Shown here: one piece after another, positions 38,854 through 49,837 of the stretch
How positions within the stretch are numbered: position 1 is the first letter of the stretch
How the letters are laid out: each line of letters opens with the position of its first letter
From: Arcobacteraceae bacterium
Lineage (GTDB): Bacteria; Campylobacterota; Campylobacteria; Campylobacterales; Arcobacteraceae
Length of the DNA stretch: 64,000 nt
Assembly: GCA_965224485.1 (NCBI GenBank)
Contig: CBDCZH010000007.1
Span: forward strand, 32,001 to 96,000
Direction: 5' to 3'
The notes under the pieces: model-generated
Databases searched by the model: none
What the model saw: only the letters and a program-made list of their open reading frames with translations
Told to the model about the DNA's origin: nothing
Position numbers and translations under genes: made by a program

Positions 38854-40243
38854 AATGTTTTTTTATTTCTTCTAAAATCTCATTTTTATCTTTACTTTCA
38901 TCAATTTGTAAATTATAAGCAAATTCTAAAATAGTTTTGAACTCTTTTCCAGCTTTAAATCCTAAAAACAAAAGGTCTCTTCCTTGTACAAGATTTTTTT
39001 CTGCTACATTATGAACTTCTAATTTTTTAGCCTCTTCTAAGAGATATTTTATAGCTTGTGGGCATTTTTCTTTATCTTTTATATCTCTTCCTAAACAATC
39101 AGCCAAACATACCTTACATAAATCCTCAATATTTACCTTAGTAGCTAATCTTTTAATAGCTTTAGAACTTGGATTAGAAAGGAAGAACGCAAATGGAATG
39201 AGATGATATTTAACTAAAGTGCAAACTTCATCACATAGTTTTTTATCATCACATAATTTATCTAAAAAACTTTTTGTAGGTTCTAGACCTAAAGATTCGT
39301 GTTTATAAGAAGTTATTCTTCCTTTTATCTCTTTAGTACAATAAGGTTTACCTAAATCATGACAAAGAATAGCTAACATTAAAAGTAGATTTTTTTTCTC
39401 ATCTTTTGTTCTTAGTTTTGCCATTTCATCTAAGCTAAGAAGGGTATGAATCCAAACATCACCTTCTGGGTGATAAATCTTATCTTGCTTGCAAGAAACC
39501 AGTGCTTTTAATTCTGTAAAATACTCTAAAAGTCCAAACTCTCTTAAATATTTAAAAGCAATAGATGGTTTTTTTGCTTTTAATAAAAACTTTTTAAACT
39601 CTTCAAAGATTCTCTCTTTTGCTAAAGTTTTTAATTCACCACCTTTAACCATTTCAATACAAAGTTCTTTTGTTTTAAAATCTATCGTAAAATCAAATCT
39701 AGCTAAAAATCCAATTGCCCTATATACTCGTAAAGGATCTTCTTTAAAAGAGTCTATATTTATATATTTTAGTTTCTTATCTTTTATATCTTGCAAACCA
39801 TTAAAGGGATCTAAAAAATCTTTTGTTTTAAAATCATAAGCAATAGAGTTTATAGTAAAATCTCTTCTACTAGCAGCTTGTTTATAATCCAAAGAAGCAT
39901 CACTAATAATTTCAAACCCCTTATGTCCAGAAGATATTTTTTTTTCAATTCTAGGAAGGGCAAAATCATATTCATCATTTTTTGTAAGTAATTTTAAAAC
40001 TCCAAAAGATTTTCCAACAAGTTTAATCTCACCGAAGTCTTTTAAATATGAAGTAAGGGTATTGAAGTCTTTGATATCAAATACTTCAATATCATAATCT
40101 TTTATTTGATTTTTTAAGAAGTGGTCACGAACACAACCACCTACAAGTAAAGGTCTAGCACCCCTAACTTGTAAATGATTTAATATTTTTACTAATTCAG
40201 TAGATAAATTAATACTATTTTTCTTCTTTATATATATGTACAT
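38840..40243 (-). CDS. cca: CCA tRNA nucleotidyltransferase with HD domain (start uncertain)
   Basis: VGGCVRD, DYDIE, RRDFTIN, EDPLR, HPEGDVW.H, CHDLGK. Confidence 0.9.
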   Translation of the reverse strand: MYIYIKKKNSINLSTELVKILNHLQVRGARPLLVGGCVRDHFLKNQIKDYDIEVFDIKDFNTLTSYLKDFGEIKLVGKSFGVLKLLTKNDEYDFALPRIEKKISSGHKGFEIISDASLDYKQAASRRDFTINSIAYDFKTKDFLDPFNGLQDIKDKKLKYINIDSFKEDPLRVYRAIGFLARFDFTIDFKTKELCIEMVKGGELKTLAKERIFEEFKKFLLKAKKPSIAFKYLREFGLLEYFTELKALVSCKQDKIYHPEGDVWIHTLLSLDEMAKLRTKDEKKNLLLMLAILCHDLGKPYCTKEIKGRITSYKHESLGLEPTKSFLDKLCDDKKLCDEVCTLVKYHLIPFAFFLSNPSSKAIKRLATKVNIEDLCKVCLADCLGRDIKDKEKCPQAIKYLLEEAKKLEVHNVAEKNLVQGRDLLFLGFKAGKEFKTILEFAYNLQIDESKDKNEILEEIKKHFNRV

Positions 40244-41024
40244 CTGTTTGAGGATAAGGAATTGAGATACCTTCTTCATCAAAAGTAATTTTAATACTCT
40301 CAGTTAAATCAAATTTAACTTCCCAATAATCAGGTGTATTAACCCAAGCTTTAACAACAAAGTTAACTGAGCTCTCAGCTAATTCTGAAACGGCTACTGT
40401 TATACCTTCTTCTATTAGTACTTTTTCATGAGCATTAACAATTTTATTTAATACATTTTTAGCTTTTTTAATATCATCATCATAACCAATACCAATAATT
40501 AAATCTACTCTTCTTTTATCATGAGCATTAATATTTGTAATAGCTGCACTTGTAATAGCAGAATTCGGAACTAATACTTTTTGATTATCTGGTGTTGTAA
40601 ACTCTGTATTAAATAGATGAATTTCTGTAATCTTACCAGTAACTCCTGCTGCATTTACAATATCTCCTATTTTAAAAGGTTTAAAGAATACTAATAAAAC
40701 ACCAGATGCAAAGTTAGATAATGAATCTTTTAGAGCTAAACCAATTGCTAAACCAGCAGCTCCAAGTATTGCTAAAAATGAAGTTGTATTTACTCCAACT
40801 TGCTCTAATGCAGCTAAAATAACAATTACTAAAAGAACATAATAAATTAAATCATCAAAAAAGTTAATTAAAGTTTGATCTATTTTTTCATTTTTTGCCA
40901 CTACTTTAATAATTAGATTAACAACTTTTCTTGCTACGAATTTACCAACTACAAATATAACAATAGCTATTGCAATATTGAGTGTATGTAAACTAATTAA
41001 ATCTGAGATACTATCTACATTCAT
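40215..41024 (-). CDS. mscS: Small-conductance mechanosensitive channel
   Basis: GAAGLAIGLAL, SNFASG, PFKIGD, VPN, IPYPQ. Confidence 0.92.
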   Translation of the reverse strand: MNVDSISDLISLHTLNIAIAIVIFVVGKFVARKVVNLIIKVVAKNEKIDQTLINFFDDLIYYVLLVIVILAALEQVGVNTTSFLAILGAAGLAIGLALKDSLSNFASGVLLVFFKPFKIGDIVNAAGVTGKITEIHLFNTEFTTPDNQKVLVPNSAITSAAITNINAHDKRRVDLIIGIGYDDDIKKAKNVLNKIVNAHEKVLIEEGITVAVSELAESSVNFVVKAWVNTPDYWEVKFDLTESIKITFDEEGISIPYPQTDVHIYKEEK

Positions 41025-41101
41025 TTTATTTCCTAATATAAATTTTTTCAGAAGTATATCTTATTACTCTTATTTTAAGATAATAAAATATATTATTTAA
41101 A

Positions 41102-42823
41102 CTATTTTAATAAGTCTTTTAACTTCATAGAAACTTCATCTATTTTCACATCAGTTTTTTCACCAGATTTTCTATTTATGATTTCAACTATTCCTTCTTG
41201 TAGTTTTTTTCCAACAACAACAGCATAAGGAAAACCTAAAAGTTCAAAATCTCCCATCTTAAAACCAAATCTCTCTTTTACTCTATCATCAATAATAGTA
41301 GAAATTCCATTTTGCTTTAACTCTTCATATATTTTAAGACCAGCATTTAGCTCATCTTCTTTTTTAGCACTTGATACTATAACCTCAACTAAAAAAGGAC
41401 TTGTTTCTCTTGTCCACAAACAACCCTTATCATCATGGTTTTGCTCAATTACAGCAGCAACTAATCTAGATACTCCAATTCCATAACATCCCATAATAAA
41501 AGGCTGTGGTTTCCCATTTTCATCTAAAAACTTTGCATCCATTGCAGATGAGTATTTATCACCTAATTGGAAAATATGTCCAGCTTCTATTCCTTTTTTA
41601 TGCTGTAATACACCTGCACAACAAGAACATAGGTCACCTTCATGAACAGAAATCAAATCTACATATTTAGCATCTTTTAAAGAAGCTAAATCTGTATTAA
41701 TAAAATGATAATCTATTTCATTAGCACCACAAGATAAACCAAGCTCATTTTCTAATTCACTGTCTAAGAAATAAGTAATATCTTTTGGTAAATCAAATGG
41801 CCCACAATATCCAGCACATAAACCTACTTCTTTTATTTCTTCTTCATTCGCATCGCTTAATTCTAAAGCAGCAACAGCATTAAGTGCTTTTGTTTCTTCT
41901 AAGGTATCATCACCTCTTACAAAGAAAACAATAATTTCACTTCTATCTTCATATAAAGCTTTTTTTATAACAGCTTTGATACTTTGTGCCTTGCTTATAC
42001 TTAAGAAGTTAGCTACATCTTCTATGGTTTTCATATCTTTAGTAAGAACTTTTTCTTGTATACTTGTACTATTTGTATTTTCAAACCAAGCGTTAAAATG
42101 TCTTTTCTTTCTTACTGCTGCTTCTATATTAGCACCATATTCACAATCAGGACAAATAACAATAGTATCTTCACCAGAATTTGCAATTACCATAAACTCT
42201 TTAGAACCACTTCCACCAATAGCACCACTATCTGCTTGAACAACTCTAAAATCTAAACCTAATCTAGTATATATTTTTTTATATGTTTCTTCCATTACCT
42301 TAAATTCTCTAACTAAATCTTCTTGTGATGAATGAAAAGAATAAGCATCTTTCATTAGAAACTCTCTACCTCTCATAAGTCCAAATCTAGGTCTTGCTTC
42401 ATCTCTGAATTTTGTATAAATTTGATAAAGATTAATAGGTAAGTCTTTATAAGATTTGATTCTATTTTTTACTAAATCAACTACTGTTTCTTCATTAGTA
42501 GGACTTAAAACATATCCTGTATTTTTTCTATCTTTAAACTTAAGAAGTTCACTTCCCATAGTTGAAGCACGACCAGATTGTTCCCATAAACTTAAAGGTG
42601 TAACAAAACCAAATTGAACTTCATTTGCTCCTGAATTATCCATCTCTTCTTTTACAATAGCTCGTATTTTATCAAGTACAATTTTTCCAAGTGGTAAATA
42701 GTTATAAATACCAGAACCTACTTGATTTATAAAACCACCTCTTACTAAATACTGATGAGAAGCTAAAGTAGCATCTTTTGGTGCTTCTTTTGTAGTTGGT
42801 ATAAACATTCTTGAGAATTTCAT
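41102..42823 (-). CDS. proS: Proline--tRNA ligase
   Basis: PTNEE, FRDEARPRFG, GHIFQLG, MGCYGIG. Confidence 0.98.
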   Translation of the reverse strand: MKFSRMFIPTTKEAPKDATLASHQYLVRGGFINQVGSGIYNYLPLGKIVLDKIRAIVKEEMDNSGANEVQFGFVTPLSLWEQSGRASTMGSELLKFKDRKNTGYVLSPTNEETVVDLVKNRIKSYKDLPINLYQIYTKFRDEARPRFGLMRGREFLMKDAYSFHSSQEDLVREFKVMEETYKKIYTRLGLDFRVVQADSGAIGGSGSKEFMVIANSGEDTIVICPDCEYGANIEAAVRKKRHFNAWFENTNSTSIQEKVLTKDMKTIEDVANFLSISKAQSIKAVIKKALYEDRSEIIVFFVRGDDTLEETKALNAVAALELSDANEEEIKEVGLCAGYCGPFDLPKDITYFLDSELENELGLSCGANEIDYHFINTDLASLKDAKYVDLISVHEGDLCSCCAGVLQHKKGIEAGHIFQLGDKYSSAMDAKFLDENGKPQPFIMGCYGIGVSRLVAAVIEQNHDDKGCLWTRETSPFLVEVIVSSAKKEDELNAGLKIYEELKQNGISTIIDDRVKERFGFKMGDFELLGFPYAVVVGKKLQEGIVEIINRKSGEKTDVKIDEVSMKLKDLLK

Positions 42824-42834
42824 TAAATTGTATC

Positions 42835-44130
42835 CTAGTTATTAAATTTTATTGCGTGTTCGCAATCATGTACTGTGTTTGCATCACTTTCAAGTCCAAA
42901 TATATTTTGAACTGTTCCTAAAACCATATCACACTCCATATGTTTTGAGATAGATTTTAACTGTGTTGTTGGTTGATGTAAGAATTCACTTAAAATAGTT
43001 TCGCAAAGTTTTTTGATATTATCTTTATCATCAGCTCTAATAAAACCTTTTTTTATTGCTTTTGTAACTTTTTTATCTATTACACTATTAGCTTTTAAAT
43101 ATAAATGTTTTACTACTGGTTCTACTTCTAAAGTTTTTAACCAATCAAAAAATTCGCCTGATTCTTTATTTACTATTAAATAAGCTTGTTTTGCTTGTTT
43201 TGCTCGTAAACTCATATTATCATCAACTATATCTTGTAAATCATCAACTGCAAAAACTTGTAAGTTATTTATCTTAATTGTAGCTATATCTCTTGGAACT
43301 GCTATATCAAACCAATATCTTGAAAAACTACACTCTTTTACCATATCTTGCGTAATTATAGGATAAGGAGCAGAAGTTGCTGTAAACATAAAAGGAATTT
43401 CATTTAATAGTTGGTTTATATTCTCATATGGTTGAACATCAATATGCTGGGAATAAGTATCAACTAATAATCTTGCTTTTTTAATATCTCTACTTACTAA
43501 AATCACTTCAAATTTTGCAGATAAAAGATGTTTAATAGTAAGTGCACTCATTTCTCCTGCACCTACAACAAGAGCTTTTATTCCCTTTTGGGATTTTACT
43601 AAACTTTTAGCTTTAGCCACTGCTGTTGAAGCAACTGAAACAGATCCTGTTCCTAAACTTGTTGCATTTCTAACTCTTGCGGCACATTTAAAAGCATAAT
43701 TCATAGATCTTGTAATTTTTTGATTACAATAACCTTTTGAAAGTGATAATCTATAAGCATCTTTAAGTTGACCTACTATTTGAGTTTCTCCAATAACTAA
43801 AGAATCTAAAGCAGACGAAACGGTAAAAAGATGATGAATAGCTCCTGTATTATCATAAATATCAGCTCTTTCATGTAAAACTTCAAAATCAATTCCTGAA
43901 TATTTAGCTAAAGCTTCTATTATAAATGTTTGAGCAATAATAATACTTGAAACAGTACTCATAATTTCAACCCTATTACATGTTGAAAGAACTACTACTT
44001 CATTAATATGTGAGTGCTCATATAAGGTTTTTAAAAAAGTTTCAACTGCACTTTCATCTGAAAAAGCAATTTTTTCTCTCATTTGTATATCTGTATTTTT
44101 ATGCGTAAAACTAATACTTAAATAACTCAT
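42835..44130 (-). CDS. hemA: Glutamyl-tRNA reductase
   Basis: STCNRVE, GETQIVGQ, GAGEM, DIAVPRD. Confidence 0.96.
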   Translation of the reverse strand: MSYLSISFTHKNTDIQMREKIAFSDESAVETFLKTLYEHSHINEVVVLSTCNRVEIMSTVSSIIIAQTFIIEALAKYSGIDFEVLHERADIYDNTGAIHHLFTVSSALDSLVIGETQIVGQLKDAYRLSLSKGYCNQKITRSMNYAFKCAARVRNATSLGTGSVSVASTAVAKAKSLVKSQKGIKALVVGAGEMSALTIKHLLSAKFEVILVSRDIKKARLLVDTYSQHIDVQPYENINQLLNEIPFMFTATSAPYPIITQDMVKECSFSRYWFDIAVPRDIATIKINNLQVFAVDDLQDIVDDNMSLRAKQAKQAYLIVNKESGEFFDWLKTLEVEPVVKHLYLKANSVIDKKVTKAIKKGFIRADDKDNIKKLCETILSEFLHQPTTQLKSISKHMECDMVLGTVQNIFGLESDANTVHDCEHAIKFNN

Positions 44131-44131
44131 G

Positions 44132-45028
44132 TTAAAACTCTCTTTCTATCATAGCTTTCATAATCATTACAAGCTCAGGTGAATTTTCATTTTCTAAAAT
44201 ACTTATAGCTTCATTTCCAAGTTTTTTAGCTTCTTTTATAGAATCTTCTAAAGCTTTTGTACTTATCATTTGATCTTTTATCCAAGTTGTATCTTCGTTT
44301 GATAACTCTTTTTTATATAAAGATTCTAATTTATTTTTATCTTCTAGTCTTTGATGTAAAAGTAAATAAGGAATAGTAACTTTTCCCTCAACAAAATCAA
44401 GCATAGCAGGTTTTCCTAAGGTTTGTGAGTCAGAAGTAATATCTAAAATATCATCAACCATTTGAAAAGCTAATCCAAGATTTTTTCCATATAAGGCATA
44501 TTTTTTTTCATCTTTATTAACTAATAGGGCTGCACTTGCAGAAGAAGCCTCTATTAAAGAAGCTGTTTTCTTATAAATCATATTTAAATATTTATCAAGA
44601 TCGCAATTAAAACTATTTGTAAGTTCAACATCTTGCATCTCTCCTATACTTAAAGAAGTAACTGCATTTGATATTGTATAAGCAATTTTACTGTCCATAC
44701 TTGTTAATTGAGTAAAAGCAATTGAGTATAAAATATCTCCAAACATAATTGCAGTTTTATTATCAAATAAAGAATTAATAGAAGCTTTTCCTCTTCTTGT
44801 ATCAGCTTCATCAATTACATCATCATGTAATAATGAGGCAGCATGAATCATTTCAACTATTGCACATAACTTAATAGCACAAGCAGTACTGCCTGCAATT
44901 TTTAAAATAAGTTTTGATCGTAACATCTTACCTTGGGCTAAAAGATTTAAAAGTTTTAAACTTTTTTCATCACCACAAGCTTTTACAAACTCTTGTATTT
45001 TATCTTTTACTTCTTCTAATTCTTTCAC
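44132..45028 (-). CDS. ispB: Polyprenyl diphosphate synthase
   Basis: LHDDVID..RRG, FQMVDDILD. Confidence 0.88.
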   Translation of the reverse strand: MKELEEVKDKIQEFVKACGDEKSLKLLNLLAQGKMLRSKLILKIAGSTACAIKLCAIVEMIHAASLLHDDVIDEADTRRGKASINSLFDNKTAIMFGDILYSIAFTQLTSMDSKIAYTISNAVTSLSIGEMQDVELTNSFNCDLDKYLNMIYKKTASLIEASSASAALLVNKDEKKYALYGKNLGLAFQMVDDILDITSDSQTLGKPAMLDFVEGKVTIPYLLLHQRLEDKNKLESLYKKELSNEDTTWIKDQMISTKALEDSIKEAKKLGNEAISILENENSPELVMIMKAMIEREF

Positions 45029-45036
45029 ATAAACCC

Positions 45037-45339
45037 TTATGAATCTAATCTACAGATAATTTCACCTGTAAATTCTATATATAAACCTTTTTTCATCTCA
45101 TTAACTTTATCTGTATTCTCGAAGGTATATTGAGCTAACAATTTATTTAAATCAAAGTTTTCATCTTTATCTTGTGTTAAAAGCATTTCCATCACTGCAT
45201 ATTTTTCAATAATCTTATCCATTTCATCTTGAACTACTTCACTTGATGAATTATTTGATATATCAAAAAATTTTGATTTAGGACTTCCTGTAAAGATATC
45301 ATCTTCATCTTCATTAAACCAATTTTTTGTATTACTCAT
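45037..45339 (-). CDS. DUF2018-like protein
   Basis: DDIFTGSPKSKFFD; sits upstream of ispB-hemA-proS as in Campylobacterota. Confidence 0.75.
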   Translation of the reverse strand: MSNTKNWFNEDEDDIFTGSPKSKFFDISNNSSSEVVQDEMDKIIEKYAVMEMLLTQDKDENFDLNKLLAQYTFENTDKVNEMKKGLYIEFTGEIICRLDS

Positions 45340-45397
45340 TTTTTTCCTTTATAATTAGTAATTTACTATTATTTTAAATAAATTACCTTGATTAGAA

Positions 45398-46690
45398 TTA
45401 AGTATCTAATCTAATTCGTACAGATTGTGCGTGAGCACTTAAACCTTCAGTATCAGCTAATAGCGCACAAGCTTCACCAAGTTCGTTAATTGCTTCTTTT
45501 GAAAAAGAGATAATTGAAGATTTTTTCATAAAATTTTCAACATTTAATGGAGAGTAAAACTTAGCAGTACTTCCAGTAGGAAGTGTATGATTTGGACCTG
45601 CTATATAATCTCCAATTGGTTCAGGAGTATTCTCACCTAAAAATATAGCCCCTGCATGTTTAATTTTAGGTAATAATTCAAAAGCATTTACAACCATAAC
45701 TTCTAAATGTTCAGGTGCAATTATATTCATTAGTTTTATAGCTTCATCCATATTTGAAGCAATGATAATAACACCACGCTCATCAATAGATTTTTTAGCA
45801 ATAACACGTCTACTTAAAGTTTTTAAAAATTCATCAACTTCAAGTGAAGTTTGTTTTGCTATTTGCTCATCTGTTGTAATTAAAATCGAACTTGCCATTT
45901 CATCATGTTCTGCTTGTGATAATAAATCAATTGCTAAATACTTAGCTTTAGCACTACTATCTGCTAAAATTCCTATTTCTGAAGGTCCAGCAATCATATC
46001 AATATTTACTTCACCATATACTAGTTTTTTAGCAGTTGCTACAAAAACATTTCCAGGGCCTGTTATCACATCAACTTTTGGAATACTAGAAGTTCCATAA
46101 GCTAAAGCAGCTATTGCAGAAGCTCCACCTACTTTAAAAGCTTTTTTAATTCCACAAATATGCATAGCAGCTAAAAGAAGTTCACTTATTTCATTATTTG
46201 GAGTTGGAGTACAGACTATTATCTCTTCAACACCTGCAACTATTGCGGGAATTGCATTCATAAGAAGTGAGCTTGGATAAACTGCTTTTCCACCTGGAAT
46301 ATATAAACCAGCAATATCAACAGGAGATACTTTTTGACCTAGAATACTTCCATTTTTTTCAAAATCAATCCATGATTTTGGAAGCTGTTTCTCATGATAA
46401 TTTTTAATTCTATCATAAGCTAAATGTAAAGATTTAGATAATTTTTCATCAAGATTTAAATAAGCTTTTTTCATAGATTCTTGTGAAATTACTAAATCAC
46501 TATCTTCTTTTACTTCCCATTTATCGAACTTTAAGATATGTTCTTTAATAGCTTTATTTCCATTTACAACAATATCATCAATAATAGTTTTTACTATTGA
46601 AGTTACATCATTAATATCACCCTTAGCTCTGTTTAAAATAACTTCAAATTCATCTTTAAAATTGATATCTTTAGTATTAATTATCTTCAC
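45398..46690 (-). CDS. hisD: Histidinol dehydrogenase
   Basis: YIPGG, GPGN, DMIAGPSE, QAEHD, APEHL. Confidence 0.97.
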   Translation of the reverse strand: MKIINTKDINFKDEFEVILNRAKGDINDVTSIVKTIIDDIVVNGNKAIKEHILKFDKWEVKEDSDLVISQESMKKAYLNLDEKLSKSLHLAYDRIKNYHEKQLPKSWIDFEKNGSILGQKVSPVDIAGLYIPGGKAVYPSSLLMNAIPAIVAGVEEIIVCTPTPNNEISELLLAAMHICGIKKAFKVGGASAIAALAYGTSSIPKVDVITGPGNVFVATAKKLVYGEVNIDMIAGPSEIGILADSSAKAKYLAIDLLSQAEHDEMASSILITTDEQIAKQTSLEVDEFLKTLSRRVIAKKSIDERGVIIIASNMDEAIKLMNIIAPEHLEVMVVNAFELLPKIKHAGAIFLGENTPEPIGDYIAGPNHTLPTGSTAKFYSPLNVENFMKKSSIISFSKEAINELGEACALLADTEGLSAHAQSVRIRLDT

Positions 46691-46692
46691 AC

Positions 46693-47208
46693 TTAACCTT
46701 TTGTTTTTTCTAATATTTCATCTACAATTTTACTTATAGGTCTTAATTCTACATCAATAACAAAATCACTTATGTCCTCATATTGTGTAATTCTTTGATT
46801 ATATAATTCTTTTGCTTCTTCAAGATTTTGTAATAAAGGACGTTTTTTTAGTTTTGCTTGTGCATTAGGAGCATTATTAATTCTATTTAAGATGCCATCA
46901 AAACTAGACTTCAAATAAATTACTGTTCCTATATTTTTAAGATTTTCTTGTTTATAAAAGCCACCACCTGTAGAGATAATAGAATTATCTAAAGAGAGTT
47001 CCAACCATAAAGCACACTTTTCTTCAAGTTTACGAAAATAAGCTTCTCCATGTGTACTAAAAATATCTTTTACTTTTAATTTAGAGATAGATTCAATTAA
47101 ATCATCAGTATCAACTGAGAATTTACCTGATTTTTTAAATAAAGCACGTGCAATTGTACCTTTACCAACACCCATAAAACCTATTAAAATTATATTATTC
47201 TTTTTCAT
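46693..47208 (-). CDS. aroK: Shikimate kinase
   Basis: GFMGVGKGT, DTD, GEAYFR, STGGG, RPLL. Confidence 0.93.
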   Translation of the reverse strand: MKKNNIILIGFMGVGKGTIARALFKKSGKFSVDTDDLIESISKLKVKDIFSTHGEAYFRKLEEKCALWLELSLDNSIISTGGGFYKQENLKNIGTVIYLKSSFDGILNRINNAPNAQAKLKKRPLLQNLEEAKELYNQRITQYEDISDFVIDVELRPISKIVDEILEKTKG

Positions 47209-47251
47209 AGTCAATAATTATATCTAAAACATTGTAAATTTTTTAAAAGAA

Positions 47252-48148
47252 TTATGAAAACTTTCTTTTATATCTTTTTATCATGCTTTTATTTCCCAAT
47301 ATACCACCTTGGTGAATATATATAATAGAAGGTTTAGATTCTTGCTTTAAGTTTTCTAAATAAGAAAAGAGACTTAAAAAACCTAAAGGATCATATAACA
47401 AATCAAACTCTATATTTGTTTGTTTTAATATATCTTCATAAATAGAATAAAACTCTTTATAAAGTTTTCCAAAGTGATATTTTTTTTCACTCTTCAGAAT
47501 TGTAGGATGAAAGTTTTCATTTTCTTCAAGAGAGAAAAATTCTTTTTTCAAATAGCTTTCACCTCCTACACAGGCACAGGTTAAAACTTCATAATCTTTT
47601 AAATTCTTTTGCAAAAACAAAGAAGTAGTTCCTGTTCCACTAGGAAGCATAATTTTACAGTTTTGCAAATTATTTTCTTTTATATATTCTTTTATTTCAT
47701 TTGCTAATATTTTAACTCCAACTTCTGCTTCTTTTACTCTACCACCTTCTTGTATATAAACAAAATCTTCTTCACTTTTTAAAATATCTTCTTCTATATA
47801 CTCTTGCATATCACTTACGTCTTTTTGTATTATATTTGCACTATTATTTAAGGCTGCTTCATAGTTCCCATCTGGATTAGTTTTTAAAAAAGAAGAAATA
47901 TGTTTAACATAAAAATCAAGTTTTACATCTTTTATTTTTGCTAAACAAGACAGAGAATATAAAGAGTTAGCTTGAGCAGAACCAAAAGAGATAATTTTTT
48001 TTACTTTTGTGAAATCTTGCTGTAAAAAATAGTAAAATTTTCTAGCTTTATTACCAGAGAAATCATGGGATAACAAGTCATCTCTTTTAAGGTAAAAATT
48101 AAAATTATTATAACTTATAGTTTGCATTGGGGAGTTTATACTTTTCAT
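47252..48148 (-). CDS. ACC deaminase/D-cysteine desulfhydrase-family PLP enzyme
   Basis: KRDDL, SGNKARK, SGTGTT, YIHQGG. Confidence 0.85.
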   Translation of the reverse strand: MKSINSPMQTISYNNFNFYLKRDDLLSHDFSGNKARKFYYFLQQDFTKVKKIISFGSAQANSLYSLSCLAKIKDVKLDFYVKHISSFLKTNPDGNYEAALNNSANIIQKDVSDMQEYIEEDILKSEEDFVYIQEGGRVKEAEVGVKILANEIKEYIKENNLQNCKIMLPSGTGTTSLFLQKNLKDYEVLTCACVGGESYLKKEFFSLEENENFHPTILKSEKKYHFGKLYKEFYSIYEDILKQTNIEFDLLYDPLGFLSLFSYLENLKQESKPSIIYIHQGGILGNKSMIKRYKRKFS

Positions 48149-48220
48149 TAGTTAAATTATACTAAAATACCTTAAATTTAAAGTCATAATTATAAAAATA
48201 GAAAAGAAAAGAGAGAAAGA

Positions 48221-48700
48221 ATGGAATTATTATCATATATTGATAAAGGCGGAATAATAGCTTATATTTTAATTATTTTGAATTTTACAGGTTTCACAAT
48301 AATTATTTGGAAATTTTTAACCCTACCTAGACAAAATACCATGCTTAAAAAAATCAGAAGTAAAATAAATATAAATGAAGAAAAAACATTAAATGCACAA
48401 ATAGAGTATGAGGTAAAAAAACTAGAATCTGGTTTAACATATATTAAAAACATAGCTTCAGTTGCGCCTTTACTTGGTTTATTAGGAACAGTTTTTGGAG
48501 TATTTAAAGCTTTTGAGGCAATTACAAGCCAAGGTCTTGGGGATCCAAGTATTTTTTCACATGGAATTTCACTTGCTTTAATAACTACCATAATAGGTTT
48601 AATTGTAGCCATTCCTCACCATATTTCATATAATCATTTTATTTCAATAATTGACTCAATTGAATTAAAAGCAAAAAAAGAAATAGTAGCAAAGAGTTAA
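48221..48700 (+). CDS. MotA/TolQ/ExbB proton channel
   Basis: APLLGLLGTV.G, GIS.ALITT..GL.VAIP. Confidence 0.9.
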   Translation: MELLSYIDKGGIIAYILIILNFTGFTIIIWKFLTLPRQNTMLKKIRSKININEEKTLNAQIEYEVKKLESGLTYIKNIASVAPLLGLLGTVFGVFKAFEAITSQGLGDPSIFSHGISLALITTIIGLIVAIPHHISYNHFISIIDSIELKAKKEIVAKS

Positions 48701-48701
48701 G

Positions 48702-49085
48702 ATGAAAAGAAGAGAAAGTTTAGGAATTGATTTAACACCTGTAATTGATATAGTGTTTATCTTGCTTATATTTTTTATAGTTACTTCTGTTTTTAAAAAA
48801 GATGAGCTAGCTTTAATTTTAGACCTACCAAGCTCAGATGCAAAAGAACTTGTAGTTAAAAAAGATGAAATATTTATAGAAGTATCAACTAACTTTTTAG
48901 CAATAAAAGGAATAAAAGTTTCTTTTAACTCTTTAGAAGATAATTTAAAAGAGATAAAAAACAATAAAAAACCTGTAATTGTAAGAATTGATAAAAAAGT
49001 ACCTTATGAAAAAGTAATCAAAGTTTTAGACTTATTACAAAAATATAACTTAAATAACTTAGCCCTAGTTACGAATACAAATTAA
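48702..49085 (+). CDS. ExbD/TolR protein
   Basis: DLTPVIDIVFILLIFF, RIDKKVPY. Confidence 0.9.
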   Translation: MKRRESLGIDLTPVIDIVFILLIFFIVTSVFKKDELALILDLPSSDAKELVVKKDEIFIEVSTNFLAIKGIKVSFNSLEDNLKEIKNNKKPVIVRIDKKVPYEKVIKVLDLLQKYNLNNLALVTNTN

Positions 49086-49094
49086 AGAAGAAAA

Positions 49095-49787
49095 ATGGAA
49101 TTTAACGGTTTTAAAGAAGATGGAATAAAATTCTTAGATGAAATAAAAGAAAATAACAATAAGCTCTGGTTTGAAGCAAATAGAACTAGATGGAAAGAAT
49201 TAATTTTAGAGCCAAATATTGCTTATGTAGAAGAAATGGGAGAGCATTTGATTGCTCTTGCTCCTTTAATAAATGCACGTCCTAAAGTAGCAGGTTCTTT
49301 ATTTAAAATATATAGAGATGTAAGATTTTCAAAAGACAAAACTCCAATAAAAACTAAAATAGGTGTGATATTTTGGCAAGGAAGTGCGCATAGAATGCAA
49401 AGTGCTTGTTTTTATATGCAGTATAAAAGTGATGAAGTTTTAATAGCAACAGGAATAAGAGTTTTCAAATCTGAGCTTTTAAAAGCATATAGAGAATACA
49501 TAAAAATAGAAAAAAATGCCCAAGCCTTAGATGAAATTTTGCAAAATTTAAAAGAGCAAAAACTAAAAGGATTAGAACCTCATTATAAAAGATACCCACA
49601 AGGTTTCAAAAGTGATGACAAATATGCCTATTTATCTTTATATAATGGTTTATTTGCCTACACAACATATAAACCAAATAAAACATTTTTTTCAAAAAAC
49701 ATAATAAATAAAAATTTCAAGTTTTATGATAATACAAGAGAATTGTTTGAATGGTTATATGAGTTCACTTTATATGTAAAAGAGTAA
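49095..49787 (+). CDS. DUF2461 (TIGR02453)-family protein
   Basis: NNNKLWF, FKIYRDVRFSKDKTP.K. Confidence 0.88.
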   Translation: MEFNGFKEDGIKFLDEIKENNNKLWFEANRTRWKELILEPNIAYVEEMGEHLIALAPLINARPKVAGSLFKIYRDVRFSKDKTPIKTKIGVIFWQGSAHRMQSACFYMQYKSDEVLIATGIRVFKSELLKAYREYIKIEKNAQALDEILQNLKEQKLKGLEPHYKRYPQGFKSDDKYAYLSLYNGLFAYTTYKPNKTFFSKNIINKNFKFYDNTRELFEWLYEFTLYVKE

Positions 49788-49837
49788 AATTACTTTATGT
49801 TATAATATTTAAGAAAAAATAAAAAGGAAGAATATTT

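Noticed and set aside
40200..40282. Possible fourth ATT start for cca at 40213, right after the mscS stop
   Set aside because: An in-frame ATG exists at 40243 and the SD is weak, so it cannot be decided from sequence
48221..49085. exbB-exbD without tonB
   Set aside because: Common arrangement; the partner may be encoded elsewhere
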